Virus record (IMG/VR): IMGVR_UViG_3300042549_004104
Location: 263,353-327,352 of that record
Length of the DNA stretch: 64,000 nucleotides
Reading direction: 5' to 3' (one strand)
From: a virus
Taxonomy: Duplodnaviria; Heunggongvirae; Uroviricota; Caudoviricetes
In this document: positions 56,370-64,000 of the stretch, one piece after another
Numbering within the stretch: the first letter of the stretch is position 1
How the letters are laid out: each line of letters starts with the position of its first letter
Position numbers and translations under genes: made by a program
The notes under the pieces: model-generated
Databases searched by the model: none
The model's input: the letters and a program-made list of their open reading frames with translations, nothing else
What the model was told of the DNA's origin: nothing

Positions 56370-56915
56370 TTAAAACCAAAGCCACAATGCTTGGCTCATT
56401 AATACGATTGCTACACCACCTACATACAAACTTGCTGTATATAATCTATTGTTAACTGCTAAAATACTGGCTGAAAGTAAAACAATAGCAATTTGAAATA
56501 AGCTACCTGCAAATGTATACCAAGGGCTACGAGTTTTCGCTACTGCACGTTCATCTTCTAGTTTACGTGCTTTAGCCATTAATTCTTTCTTACCTTCACC
56601 TGAATCAGGATCACTTTCATAACGGTCAATTTTAGCTTGTAATCTTGCAACTTTTTCTTTGTCACCTTTGGCCGCGGCATCATCACGTGCCATTTCTGCT
56701 AGTGTACCCTTGATACTTTTAGCTTGATAAAAGCTCCAGGTGTTGTTAGCGTCAATAGTATTGTTCAATACTTTGCTACTGTTGCTACCACCCATGTAAG
56801 TGTTGATAGCAAGTAATGCCGCAAATACGACAATTACCCATCCTGCTTTATCTTTAATTAATGCCTCACGCTCTGAACGAGATAAGGGCTTTGTTTCTGG
56901 TTTAGCTTCTACCAT
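56370..56915 (-). CDS. membrane protein (N-terminal TM plus two C-terminal TMs) with a charged central helix
   Basis: Hydropathy pattern read from the translation. Confidence 0.5.
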   Translation of the reverse strand: MVEAKPETKPLSRSEREALIKDKAGWVIVVFAALLAINTYMGGSNSSKVLNNTIDANNTWSFYQAKSIKGTLAEMARDDAAAKGDKEKVARLQAKIDRYESDPDSGEGKKELMAKARKLEDERAVAKTRSPWYTFAGSLFQIAIVLLSASILAVNNRLYTASLYVGGVAIVLMSQALWLWF

Positions 56916-56955
56916 GATACATTCCTTTTAGTTATATTAGTATTTATGAAAATTT

Positions 56956-57543
56956 ATGGTAATGTCCCTGGAGTTGATAAATATATGCATGAAAATCAAA
57001 GATTTAGCAGATAATCAGATGCCTCATCTGTATTTAGACATGGATGGAGTGCAGGCAGACTTATTTCATAGAGTAGCAGAACTAGAGAATGTTCCCCACT
57101 GGGACGATATTGCAGACCAGAATGAAGCGATTACACGATTAAGTCTTAAAGGCCCCGAAAGTGTTTATGAATTGTTTCGTAATCTGAAACCATTACCCGG
57201 TGGGCAAATTATCATTAAATGGTTACATGATAATAGTATCCCATTCACTGTATTAAGTGCCCCGTTACGTAATGAGCAGGAAGCTAGTAAGCAAGGTAAA
57301 CGTGATTGGTTAGACCAATATAATCCCGGAACTAGTCAGGATGCCATCTTTACTAAAAGTAAGTTTAAATATGCTACTATTAACGGTAGACCAAACGTAT
57401 TAGTAGATGATTTCAACTATTATTTAAACAGTTGGGCAGACGCCGGTGGCATTGCAGTTAAACACAGTGATGCGAGCACTGACCACACTATTAAACAACT
57501 AAAGAAAATATACGAACCCTATCTTGGGCAAATTGATACTTGA
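56956..57543 (+). CDS. HAD-superfamily 5'(3')-deoxyribonucleotidase-like protein
   Basis: LYLDMDGV motif I (DxDG) near the N-terminus. About 190 aa. An alternative start lies at 56989. Confidence 0.6.
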   Translation: MVMSLELINICMKIKDLADNQMPHLYLDMDGVQADLFHRVAELENVPHWDDIADQNEAITRLSLKGPESVYELFRNLKPLPGGQIIIKWLHDNSIPFTVLSAPLRNEQEASKQGKRDWLDQYNPGTSQDAIFTKSKFKYATINGRPNVLVDDFNYYLNSWADAGGIAVKHSDASTDHTIKQLKKIYEPYLGQIDT

Positions 57544-57566
57544 AAAAATAACTAATTTATATTATA

Positions 57567-57749
57567 ATGAAAAAACATAATTCAAGCTATACATCATATG
57601 AAGTTATCACACAACAAGATGGTAATGAAGATTTGTTAATACCAATACCTCCCGATCTATTGAAAGCATTGGATTGGAAAGATGGAGATAATGTAGAAAT
57701 AAATCTTGATGATAAGGGGAATTTTGTTTTTAAGAAAGCAAATAAATGA
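57567..57749 (+). CDS. small AbrB/MazE-fold-like protein
   Basis: LLIPIPPDLLKALDWKDGDNVEINLDDKGNFVFKK resembles the swapped-hairpin SpoVT/AbrB domain. Confidence 0.4.
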   Translation: MKKHNSSYTSYEVITQQDGNEDLLIPIPPDLLKALDWKDGDNVEINLDDKGNFVFKKANK

Positions 57750-58129
57750 GTTACGTTTACACTACTACCGGAACTACAGGCGCTGTATACACTACCCCGA
57801 ATACAGGTACTGGTATTAATTGGAATGGTACTGTGTCTAGTGGTGGTACTTACACCATTGCAACTGATCCCAATCTTAAAGGTAATACATTGCACGTTAA
57901 GGGCAATGCTGAGTTTGAGGGTGATGTTACTTTTGAGGGTGATATTGCTATTAAAGGTAAGTCAATCAAAGAGTCACTATTATCTATTGAAGAACGATTA
58001 GCTATATTACGCCCAAATGAAAACCTAGAAAAGAAATGGGATAACTTGCGAGAACTACGCAAGCAATACATGGAACTTGAAGCCGAAATCATAGAGAAAG
58101 AAAAGATGTGGGATATACTGAAAAAGTAG
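57746..58129 (+). CDS. hypothetical protein (T/G-rich N-terminus, coiled-coil C-terminus)
   Basis: ATGA-coupled ORF. Confidence 0.45.
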   Translation: MSYVYTTTGTTGAVYTTPNTGTGINWNGTVSSGGTYTIATDPNLKGNTLHVKGNAEFEGDVTFEGDIAIKGKSIKESLLSIEERLAILRPNENLEKKWDNLRELRKQYMELEAEIIEKEKMWDILKK

Positions 58130-58132
58130 TAC

Positions 58133-58161
58133 TTGACAGATATTCCGTTTTCGTCTATAAT
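58133..58161 (+). promoter_or_regulatory. sigma70-type promoter (TTGACA-17-TATAAT)
   Basis: cTTGACAgatattccgttttcgtcTATAATatg. Confidence 0.6.
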
Positions 58162-58193
58162 ATGTACATGTTTAACACTATGACCTACGTATT

Positions 58194-58583
58194 ATGACTA
58201 TGCATCTTGAAGGCCCTTGGCTCAGTCTCGGCGGCAAACGCAAAGGTAAAGTTAAGTTTCGCAATGCTGAGGAAGCTAAACGTGCCCGTGAACTAGAACA
58301 ATCATGGAAAGAATTGTGTAAACGTCAGGGCGTTGAGGCAGAAGAAAAGAAACGTATTAAGGCACTCAAAGCTCCTACACTACAATATTCATTGTCTGCA
58401 CCTCCAGGTCGTGAGACACAAAAAATCAAAAGTTTAACTACACCCGGCGGTTCTACTGCTCCAGTACATAAAGTGTACACTGGTGACAAAATCATTGGTA
58501 TCGCTACCATGCATAAAAGTAATGCTGTGCCTGTGTTTAGCGATGAGCAAGCAGTAGAAATTTCAAGGATGCGCCGTGGCTAA
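58194..58583 (+). CDS. hypothetical basic protein
   Basis: ORF downstream of the promoter. Confidence 0.45.
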   Translation: MTMHLEGPWLSLGGKRKGKVKFRNAEEAKRARELEQSWKELCKRQGVEAEEKKRIKALKAPTLQYSLSAPPGRETQKIKSLTTPGGSTAPVHKVYTGDKIIGIATMHKSNAVPVFSDEQAVEISRMRRG

Positions 58584-58878
58584 AATTAATCGTTGCACTT
58601 ATTATTTTGAACTGCTGAAAAACCGTAGTGATGGTATCAATTCTTGGAAAGCCGGTGCATACTCAGCCGCAGGTTATATGGGTGCATGGTACGGCGGGCA
58701 AGGTAGATTGTCTATGAACAGTGATAGAATATGGTGTCAAGGTCCTAAAGGTGGTGTTAAGATTGTAAAAGATAGAATAACCTATCCAGGAGGCATGTAT
58801 GGATATGTTACACACAATGAAAAAGCAATGAAGGAATTCATGTGGATCAAGTTAAAAGCAAAGGAGTTGCGATTTTAA
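58576..58878 (+). CDS. hypothetical protein
   Basis: Coupled ORF. Confidence 0.45.
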   Translation: MAKINRCTYYFELLKNRSDGINSWKAGAYSAAGYMGAWYGGQGRLSMNSDRIWCQGPKGGVKIVKDRITYPGGMYGYVTHNEKAMKEFMWIKLKAKELRF

Positions 58879-59094
58879 ATGGCAAAAGAAGAGGGCATTA
58901 AGATGGACGGCAAGGTAATAGATGTATTACCAAATGCCGTTTTTAAAGTACAAATGGAAGCTGGACCTACAATAACAGGATACATCAGCGGCCGCATGCG
59001 TAAGCATGATATTAAAATATTATTGGGTGACACTGTAGAAGTAGAATTTAGTCCATATGACCTAACCAAAGGTCGCATTACTCGCCGCAGATAA
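58879..59094 (+). CDS. infA: translation initiation factor IF-1
   Basis: 71 aa. Collinear with E. coli IF1: [67 protein letters not shown] versus [67 protein letters not shown]. Confidence 0.92.
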   Translation: MAKEEGIKMDGKVIDVLPNAVFKVQMEAGPTITGYISGRMRKHDIKILLGDTVEVEFSPYDLTKGRITRRR

Positions 59095-59119
59095 TAAATA
59101 CTATTCAAGGAGGTGGGCT

Positions 59120-59278
59120 ATGAAACAAAGTAAATTAGTTACTGAGTTATATAAGGCTTGCTTCGACCACGATGCGGAAAAGATTGCAAAACTACGTAAA
59201 AAAGAATTTTGCAAGATTGCTAAACACCGAGCCGAAGGTAAGCCATTTAACACTAAGTGGGTTTTGGTAAGGATATAG
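59120..59278 (+). CDS. small protein (52 aa)
   Basis: Very strong AAGGAGGTGGG SD. Below the ORF-track size cut-off. Confidence 0.4.
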   Translation: MKQSKLVTELYKACFDHDAEKIAKLRKKEFCKIAKHRAEGKPFNTKWVLVRI

Positions 59279-59322
59279 TATTGTAACAATACTGTCACAG
59301 ATAGGGCGATAAATATTAGCTT

Positions 59323-60207
59323 ATGCTAAAGACTTATCGCTCTATTTTCATTAGTGACGTACATTTAGGTACAAAAGATTGTCAAGCAGGGAAGTTAAAC
59401 AACTTCCTCAAGCACAATTCGTGCGATACCCTGTATCTTGTAGGTGATATAATTGATGCATGGAAAATACAACAAAACAAATGGCGTTGGAAACAATCGC
59501 ACACTAATGTAGTACGCAGAGTATTAGGTCATGCCAAGCGTGGCACTAAAGTAATATTCATTGCAGGCAATCACGATGAATTCTTAAGACCAATGATACC
59601 ATATGGTTTCAGTTTTGGTCTAATAGAAATACATAATCAAATAGAACATATAGGTGCTGATGGTAAACACTATCTAGTTGTACACGGTGACTTGTTCGAT
59701 GGCATTACAAGATTAGCGCCCTGGTTATCATTTTTAGGAGATAAAGCATATGATTTCATACTTAGCCTCAACAATAAATTTAATTGGATTCGTCGCCGCA
59801 TGGGTTTTGGGTACTTTAGCCTTAGCAAGTATCTTAAGCACCGAGTCAAAAAAGCAGTAGATTTTATTTTTAAGTTTGAAGAAAACTTAGCCAAATATTG
59901 TAAGAAACGTGGCTTTGATGGAGTCATATGTGGACACATACATCATGCAGAGATAAAAGAAATAGATGGTGTAGTATACATGAACGACGGTGATTGGGTA
60001 GAGAGTTGCACGGCATTAGTAGAACATCACGACGGACGTTGGGAAATAGTTACTTGGACTAAGGAGAGTGACAATGTGGATAATGATATTGATAGCAGTA
60101 CACACGACCAATCCACAGGATCAACCAGGAAGAATAGAACTCTTGTTCAACGACCAAAAGAGTTGCGAACAAGTATTGTCAACAATGAAGTACGAATTAA
60201 AATTTAA
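59323..60207 (+). CDS. calcineurin-like metallophosphoesterase, LpxH-like
   Basis: IFISDVHLG ... LYLVGDIIDAW ... GNHDEF ... GHIHH. The N-terminal block resembles the LpxH ADLHL...LYILGDLFEAW block. Confidence 0.65.
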   Translation: MLKTYRSIFISDVHLGTKDCQAGKLNNFLKHNSCDTLYLVGDIIDAWKIQQNKWRWKQSHTNVVRRVLGHAKRGTKVIFIAGNHDEFLRPMIPYGFSFGLIEIHNQIEHIGADGKHYLVVHGDLFDGITRLAPWLSFLGDKAYDFILSLNNKFNWIRRRMGFGYFSLSKYLKHRVKKAVDFIFKFEENLAKYCKKRGFDGVICGHIHHAEIKEIDGVVYMNDGDWVESCTALVEHHDGRWEIVTWTKESDNVDNDIDSSTHDQSTGSTRKNRTLVQRPKELRTSIVNNEVRIKI

Positions 60208-60228
60208 AACTTTTAAGGTAATAGGCGA

Positions 60229-60948
60229 ATGCAAAAAACAATATTAAGCGAAAAAATTACAATCGTAGTACCTTGCAAGAATGAGCAAGACTATATTCCA
60301 CATCTGTTATTGCATTTGCGACGCCAAATGCTAGGAAGCACCAGGATCATCATTGCAGATTGTTCTACAGACAACACACGAAAAGTTATAGAAGCAATGA
60401 AGGGCCGATTGAATGTAGAAGTCATTGATGGTGGTCCTGTCAGCATTGCTAAGAACCGTGGCGCCGCGTTGGTTACTACACCCTATATTCTATTCATTGA
60501 TGCTGATGTACGTTTCTTCAATGACATGGTTATCCGCGATGCAGTTGATGAAATGGAATCAAAGAACTTGGATCTATTAGGCTTAAACATCAAATGCTAT
60601 GATAGTGACAAACGTGCTACTATTGGGTTTGCTGTGTTCAACGGCATTAACCGAATCCTAAAGCACTTTAGTCCATTTGCAGTCGGTGCATTTATGCTAA
60701 CACGCAGAGACAGATTTGAAGAATTTGGGGGGTTTCCTGAAAAGTTTGCAACCTCAGAGGACTATTTCTTATCCAGAAAATACAGTCCTAAAAAGTTTAG
60801 AATTGTCAAACATTATTTTGGTCAAGATAGTCGTAGATTCAAAAAGATGGGGTATTTTGGGATGGCTACATATCTTGTTAAGAACTTTGTTAACCGCAAT
60901 AATAAGAAATACTGGGATAGTTTAGATTCATCTAAGTATTGGAGCTAA
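60229..60948 (+). CDS. family-2 (GT-A) glycosyltransferase
   Basis: ITIVVPCKNEQDYI N-terminus and FIDADV DxD motif. Confidence 0.65.
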   Translation: MQKTILSEKITIVVPCKNEQDYIPHLLLHLRRQMLGSTRIIIADCSTDNTRKVIEAMKGRLNVEVIDGGPVSIAKNRGAALVTTPYILFIDADVRFFNDMVIRDAVDEMESKNLDLLGLNIKCYDSDKRATIGFAVFNGINRILKHFSPFAVGAFMLTRRDRFEEFGGFPEKFATSEDYFLSRKYSPKKFRIVKHYFGQDSRRFKKMGYFGMATYLVKNFVNRNNKKYWDSLDSSKYWS

Positions 60949-60973
60949 TGTAAATTGCGATAAATACTCTACT

Positions 60974-61525
60974 ATGTACGATATTGTAGAGAAAATCAAC
61001 GAATCCCGAACAAAAAAAATAGAGATAGTTAATCTGTCCTACGATCTTTCCGACCTCAATCCAGTACTTAGCAAGAAAACACTAGACTATCACTATGGTG
61101 ATTTAGCCCATGGATACACTACCCGATACAACAAGGGTGAAGGCGACAAAGATTTCAACTATGCAGGCGCTTTTCTGCACAACATTTACTTTCCACAGTT
61201 TCGCAAGATACAAGAAGATAACACTCCTAATGGTCCTGTACTAGGAATCATCAAGCGCAAATACGATTGGTGGAGAGACTTTAAAGAACAATTCAAAATA
61301 GAAGCCATGAAGATACAGGGCAGTGGTTGGATTTATATGAGTTATGACGGTGAGATAAAGACTATTGCTAACCACGAGGTTCGTGATGATATTCTTATTC
61401 TTGTAGACTGGTGGGAACATGCCTGGGCCTTAGACTACCAAGCAGATAAAAAAAGTTACCTAGAAAACACTTGGAAGATAATGAACTGGAGCCACATTAA
61501 CACTAGGTGGGGGAAGAATTTATGA
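60974..61525 (+). CDS. sod: Fe/Mn superoxide dismutase family protein
   Basis: DYHYGDLAHGYTTRYN aligns with EYHYGKHHQTYVTNLN. AGAFLHNIYF aligns with NHTFYW. QGSGWIYM aligns with FGSGWTWL. LILVDWWEHAWALDYQADKKSYLENTWKIMNW aligns with [32 protein letters not shown]. The metal ligands H, H, D and H are all present. Confidence 0.85.
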   Translation: MYDIVEKINESRTKKIEIVNLSYDLSDLNPVLSKKTLDYHYGDLAHGYTTRYNKGEGDKDFNYAGAFLHNIYFPQFRKIQEDNTPNGPVLGIIKRKYDWWRDFKEQFKIEAMKIQGSGWIYMSYDGEIKTIANHEVRDDILILVDWWEHAWALDYQADKKSYLENTWKIMNWSHINTRWGKNL

Positions 61526-63159
61526 GAGCAAGAGAATTTATTGTAGAGGACAATGAAAGTCGTACGGAAGAGTTCCATGGCGTTCATATGAAACTAAGAG
61601 ATGACGGTTATGAAGTAGTTGCATCAGCACTTGATGATTGGGGTCGTGAAATGGGGTCAGTCGTCTTTAATAAAGGTGACGGTAATGAATTAGACCCTCA
61701 AGATTTGTTAGTAATAGACAAATACAGAGGTCAAGGCATAGCCAAAGTAATGTATGACTATGTAAAAAGCAAAGGGTATGAGATACATAAAAGTTATGAT
61801 GTGACAAAGATAGCTGACCAGGGAAAAGAATCGGGTGAGTATTTTTGGCAAAAGAATCGCGGAGAAGAACGTATTTGGGAAAGTGCTGACGATGAAACAA
61901 AAGAACTTGTAACAAATGCAATATTAGATTTCTATCAGAACGTAGGTGATATTGAAAAACAACCAGTTGACAATTATGTTAGCACAGCAAAAGAGATACT
62001 AGGACAAGTTGATGATCCTACATTAAAGTCAAAACTGTTAGACATTTTTAGACAAGCAAAACAAAACCCATATGTACAAGGTGGAGTTGTTACGACAATT
62101 GGTGCATTGCTTGCAGGTGGTGTATTAAGTTCGGCACAGAAAATGGGATTAAGTCCATCACAAACTAACTTAGTATTACAAGCAATATTGAATACTGTAA
62201 TTCCTACTGTAGTGTCCAGGATCAATGGAAAAAGTTGGAGTGACACAATCAAATATACACTAGCAAGCGCAGGCATTGGTACTGGCATTGCTGGTATGAT
62301 GGAAGAAGATGCATTAGATGAAGATTGGAAATCTGCACTAGCAACAGGTGCTATGGCAGGTGCTATGGCTATGGGCGCTAATGCAAAGGCTCCTGAAATG
62401 GTTTATCAAACAGTTGAGCCCGGCGATACAGTTTATAGCATAGCAAGACAAAATAATGTAAATCCACTAGAGATATTCAAACTCAACAAGATGGATCGTA
62501 ATACTAAATTAGAAATAGGACAAAAAGTTCTAGTACCGGATTATTCAAAACCTGTTAAATATGCACAACCAATTGCACAACCAACGACTTCATTTAAAGA
62601 TAAACTCACATCAATGATACCAAAGTTTTCACGTGATAAAGAAGAGGAAGAAGGCGTTACATTACTGAGTGACAATGGCGATGCTGAAGCCGTATTACAA
62701 ACTGCTGCCAAAAATGCCGGACTCAAGGGTGCAGAACTAGCACAGTTCATGGCTCAGACCAGACATGAAAGCTGGGATTTTGGTCAGATGAAAGAAGTAG
62801 GAAATAAAAAAAGATTTGCCAAATATGAAACTCCCCGTAAGGCAAAACAATTAGGTAATAAAATAAAAGGCGACGGAGAAAGATTTAAAGGTCGTGGATT
62901 TATTCAGTTGACCGGACGAGATAACTACACCAGAGCAAGTCAACAAATATTTGGTGATGATAGATTAGTTAAAAATCCTGACTTGGCTAGTAGACCAGAT
63001 ATAGGTGCTCAAATTGCATTATGGTTCTGGGAAAATCGAGTTAGACCCAATGTTAACAATTTTAACAATACAAAAGAAGTAACTAATGCAATCAATCCAG
63101 GACTTAGTGGACTACAAGATAGACATAATAAATTTAAAGAATATTTGGCAGTACTATGA
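61522..63159 (+). CDS. multidomain lysin: N-terminal GNAT-like region, hydrophobic G/A-rich segments, LysM domain, C-terminal GH19-type (chitinase-like) peptidoglycan hydrolase domain
   Basis: LysM: YQTVEPGDTVYSIARQNNVNPLEIFKLN...GQKVLVP. GH19-like catalytic block: AQTRHESWDFGQMKE...FKGRGFIQLTGRDNY...IGAQIALWFW. Start taken at MRAREFI, overlapping the upstream TGA. Confidence 0.75.
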   Translation: MRAREFIVEDNESRTEEFHGVHMKLRDDGYEVVASALDDWGREMGSVVFNKGDGNELDPQDLLVIDKYRGQGIAKVMYDYVKSKGYEIHKSYDVTKIADQGKESGEYFWQKNRGEERIWESADDETKELVTNAILDFYQNVGDIEKQPVDNYVSTAKEILGQVDDPTLKSKLLDIFRQAKQNPYVQGGVVTTIGALLAGGVLSSAQKMGLSPSQTNLVLQAILNTVIPTVVSRINGKSWSDTIKYTLASAGIGTGIAGMMEEDALDEDWKSALATGAMAGAMAMGANAKAPEMVYQTVEPGDTVYSIARQNNVNPLEIFKLNKMDRNTKLEIGQKVLVPDYSKPVKYAQPIAQPTTSFKDKLTSMIPKFSRDKEEEEGVTLLSDNGDAEAVLQTAAKNAGLKGAELAQFMAQTRHESWDFGQMKEVGNKKRFAKYETPRKAKQLGNKIKGDGERFKGRGFIQLTGRDNYTRASQQIFGDDRLVKNPDLASRPDIGAQIALWFWENRVRPNVNNFNNTKEVTNAINPGLSGLQDRHNKFKEYLAVL

Positions 63160-64000
63160 GAGCAAACGAATTTATAACGGAAGCCTTTGACCAACCCTAT
63201 AAAGGCAAATGGGAAAAAAGCGAATACGGTGACGTTGACCTAAACACAAAATTACCCGACGGAACAAATTTAAGCATCATGTTCAACAATCAACAAGATG
63301 ACGAGGGCAATGAAGTGGTGCAGGTTGAATTTTATAGAAACAACAGCCAAGAAGTCACAGGTGAAGGTGATGCACAGCGAATCTTTGCCACGGTGTTAAA
63401 CGCTATACAAAAATACATCAAAAAATACAAACCTTCAAAATTGAGTTTTTCAGCTAGTAAAGCAACTGATCCAACAATATATTATGAGCCTGACCAGCCT
63501 CAACCAAATCCAGAAAGTCGTGCCAAGTTGTATGACAGACTGGTTCAACGTTATGCTCGGGCCTGGGGTTATAGAGCTTTTCGTGCAGACACCGGTGATT
63601 TAGTTATATATGAATTGAGTAGATTAAAGCAACAAGGTGTGGCGGAAGGCGAAAGCAATGATACTGCTATAAGTTTATCCAAGTTGGGTAAATTTCATCC
63701 CGGCGCAGATACACTTGCAGAGTTTGTTCCAGAAAGAGCAACTGCACAATATGCCTTGCATCCGGATAAGTGGGAATCAACCTTTTACAGTTTGACCAAC
63801 AAAGATTCTGACAAATTAAAATACTATGGGCCAAAAAAGATTTCCATTCCACCAGGGACTTTGGTGGGCGATATGGCCATTGCCAATAAGTTTTACAGAG
63901 CCAAGACACCCGAAGAACAAGAACAATATGCTGAATTGTATAAAGCATCACTACAGCCGTATCCAGTGGACGTCAGTGAGTATCGCATGCCTGAATTGTT
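63156..64000 (+). CDS. hypothetical protein, 3'-truncated by the window end; its N-terminus (MRANEFITEAF) is paralogous to the start of the preceding lysin gene
   Basis: ATGA-coupled. The ORF runs to the window end. Confidence 0.5.
   Translation, partial: MRANEFITEAFDQPYKGKWEKSEYGDVDLNTKLPDGTNLSIMFNNQQDDEGNEVVQVEFYRNNSQEVTGEGDAQRIFATVLNAIQKYIKKYKPSKLSFSASKATDPTIYYEPDQPQPNPESRAKLYDRLVQRYARAWGYRAFRADTGDLVIYELSRLKQQGVAEGESNDTAISLSKLGKFHPGADTLAEFVPERATAQYALHPDKWESTFYSLTNKDSDKLKYYGPKKISIPPGTLVGDMAIANKFYRAKTPEEQEQYAELYKASLQPYPVDVSEYRMPEL

Noticed and set aside
1-64000. tRNA genes and structural genes (capsid, portal, terminase, tail)
   Set aside because: No non-coding gap longer than ~150 nt shows a cloverleaf-compatible sequence. 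None of the larger unknown ORFs shows terminase Walker/nuclease or portal signatures that I could recognise by eye. A tRNAscan and HMM search of the region is still advisable.

Overview
AT-rich (~37% GC) window that looks like an accessory and replication region of a large tailed dsDNA bacteriophage, probably infecting a Gram-negative host. Genes are densely packed and almost all on the + strand, with two minus-strand islands at 41.4-42.5 kb and 52.3-56.9 kb. There are many overlapping or ATGA-coupled starts, at least 11 strong sigma70-type promoters and few rho-independent terminators. No capsid, portal, terminase or tail genes, tRNA genes or CRISPR array were seen. Confidently recognisable content comprises five groups. 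(1) A 7-deazaguanine DNA-modification cluster (DpdA-like transglycosylase, FolE, QueD-like, QueE-like), interleaved with sugar- or polyol-activating and glycosyltransferase genes. (2) T4-like nucleic-acid enzymes: RNase H/FEN, ATP-dependent DNA ligase, UvdE, dCMP deaminase, a MazG-like protein, a 5'-nucleotidase-like HAD protein and an HNH homing endonuclease. (3) A phage-encoded proteostasis and translation module: ClpX, ribosomal protein bS21, DnaK, IbpA-like Hsp20, ClpS, a SprT-like protease, ClpP and, elsewhere, IF-1. (4) Redox and envelope genes: a periplasmic c-type cytochrome, Fe/Mn SOD, an LpxH-like phosphoesterase with a GT2 glycosyltransferase, and a GH19+LysM lysin. (5) Two arrays of near-identical early-promoter cassettes driving small unknown ORFs, plus a five-member paralog family of small proteins ending in HFGVEE.
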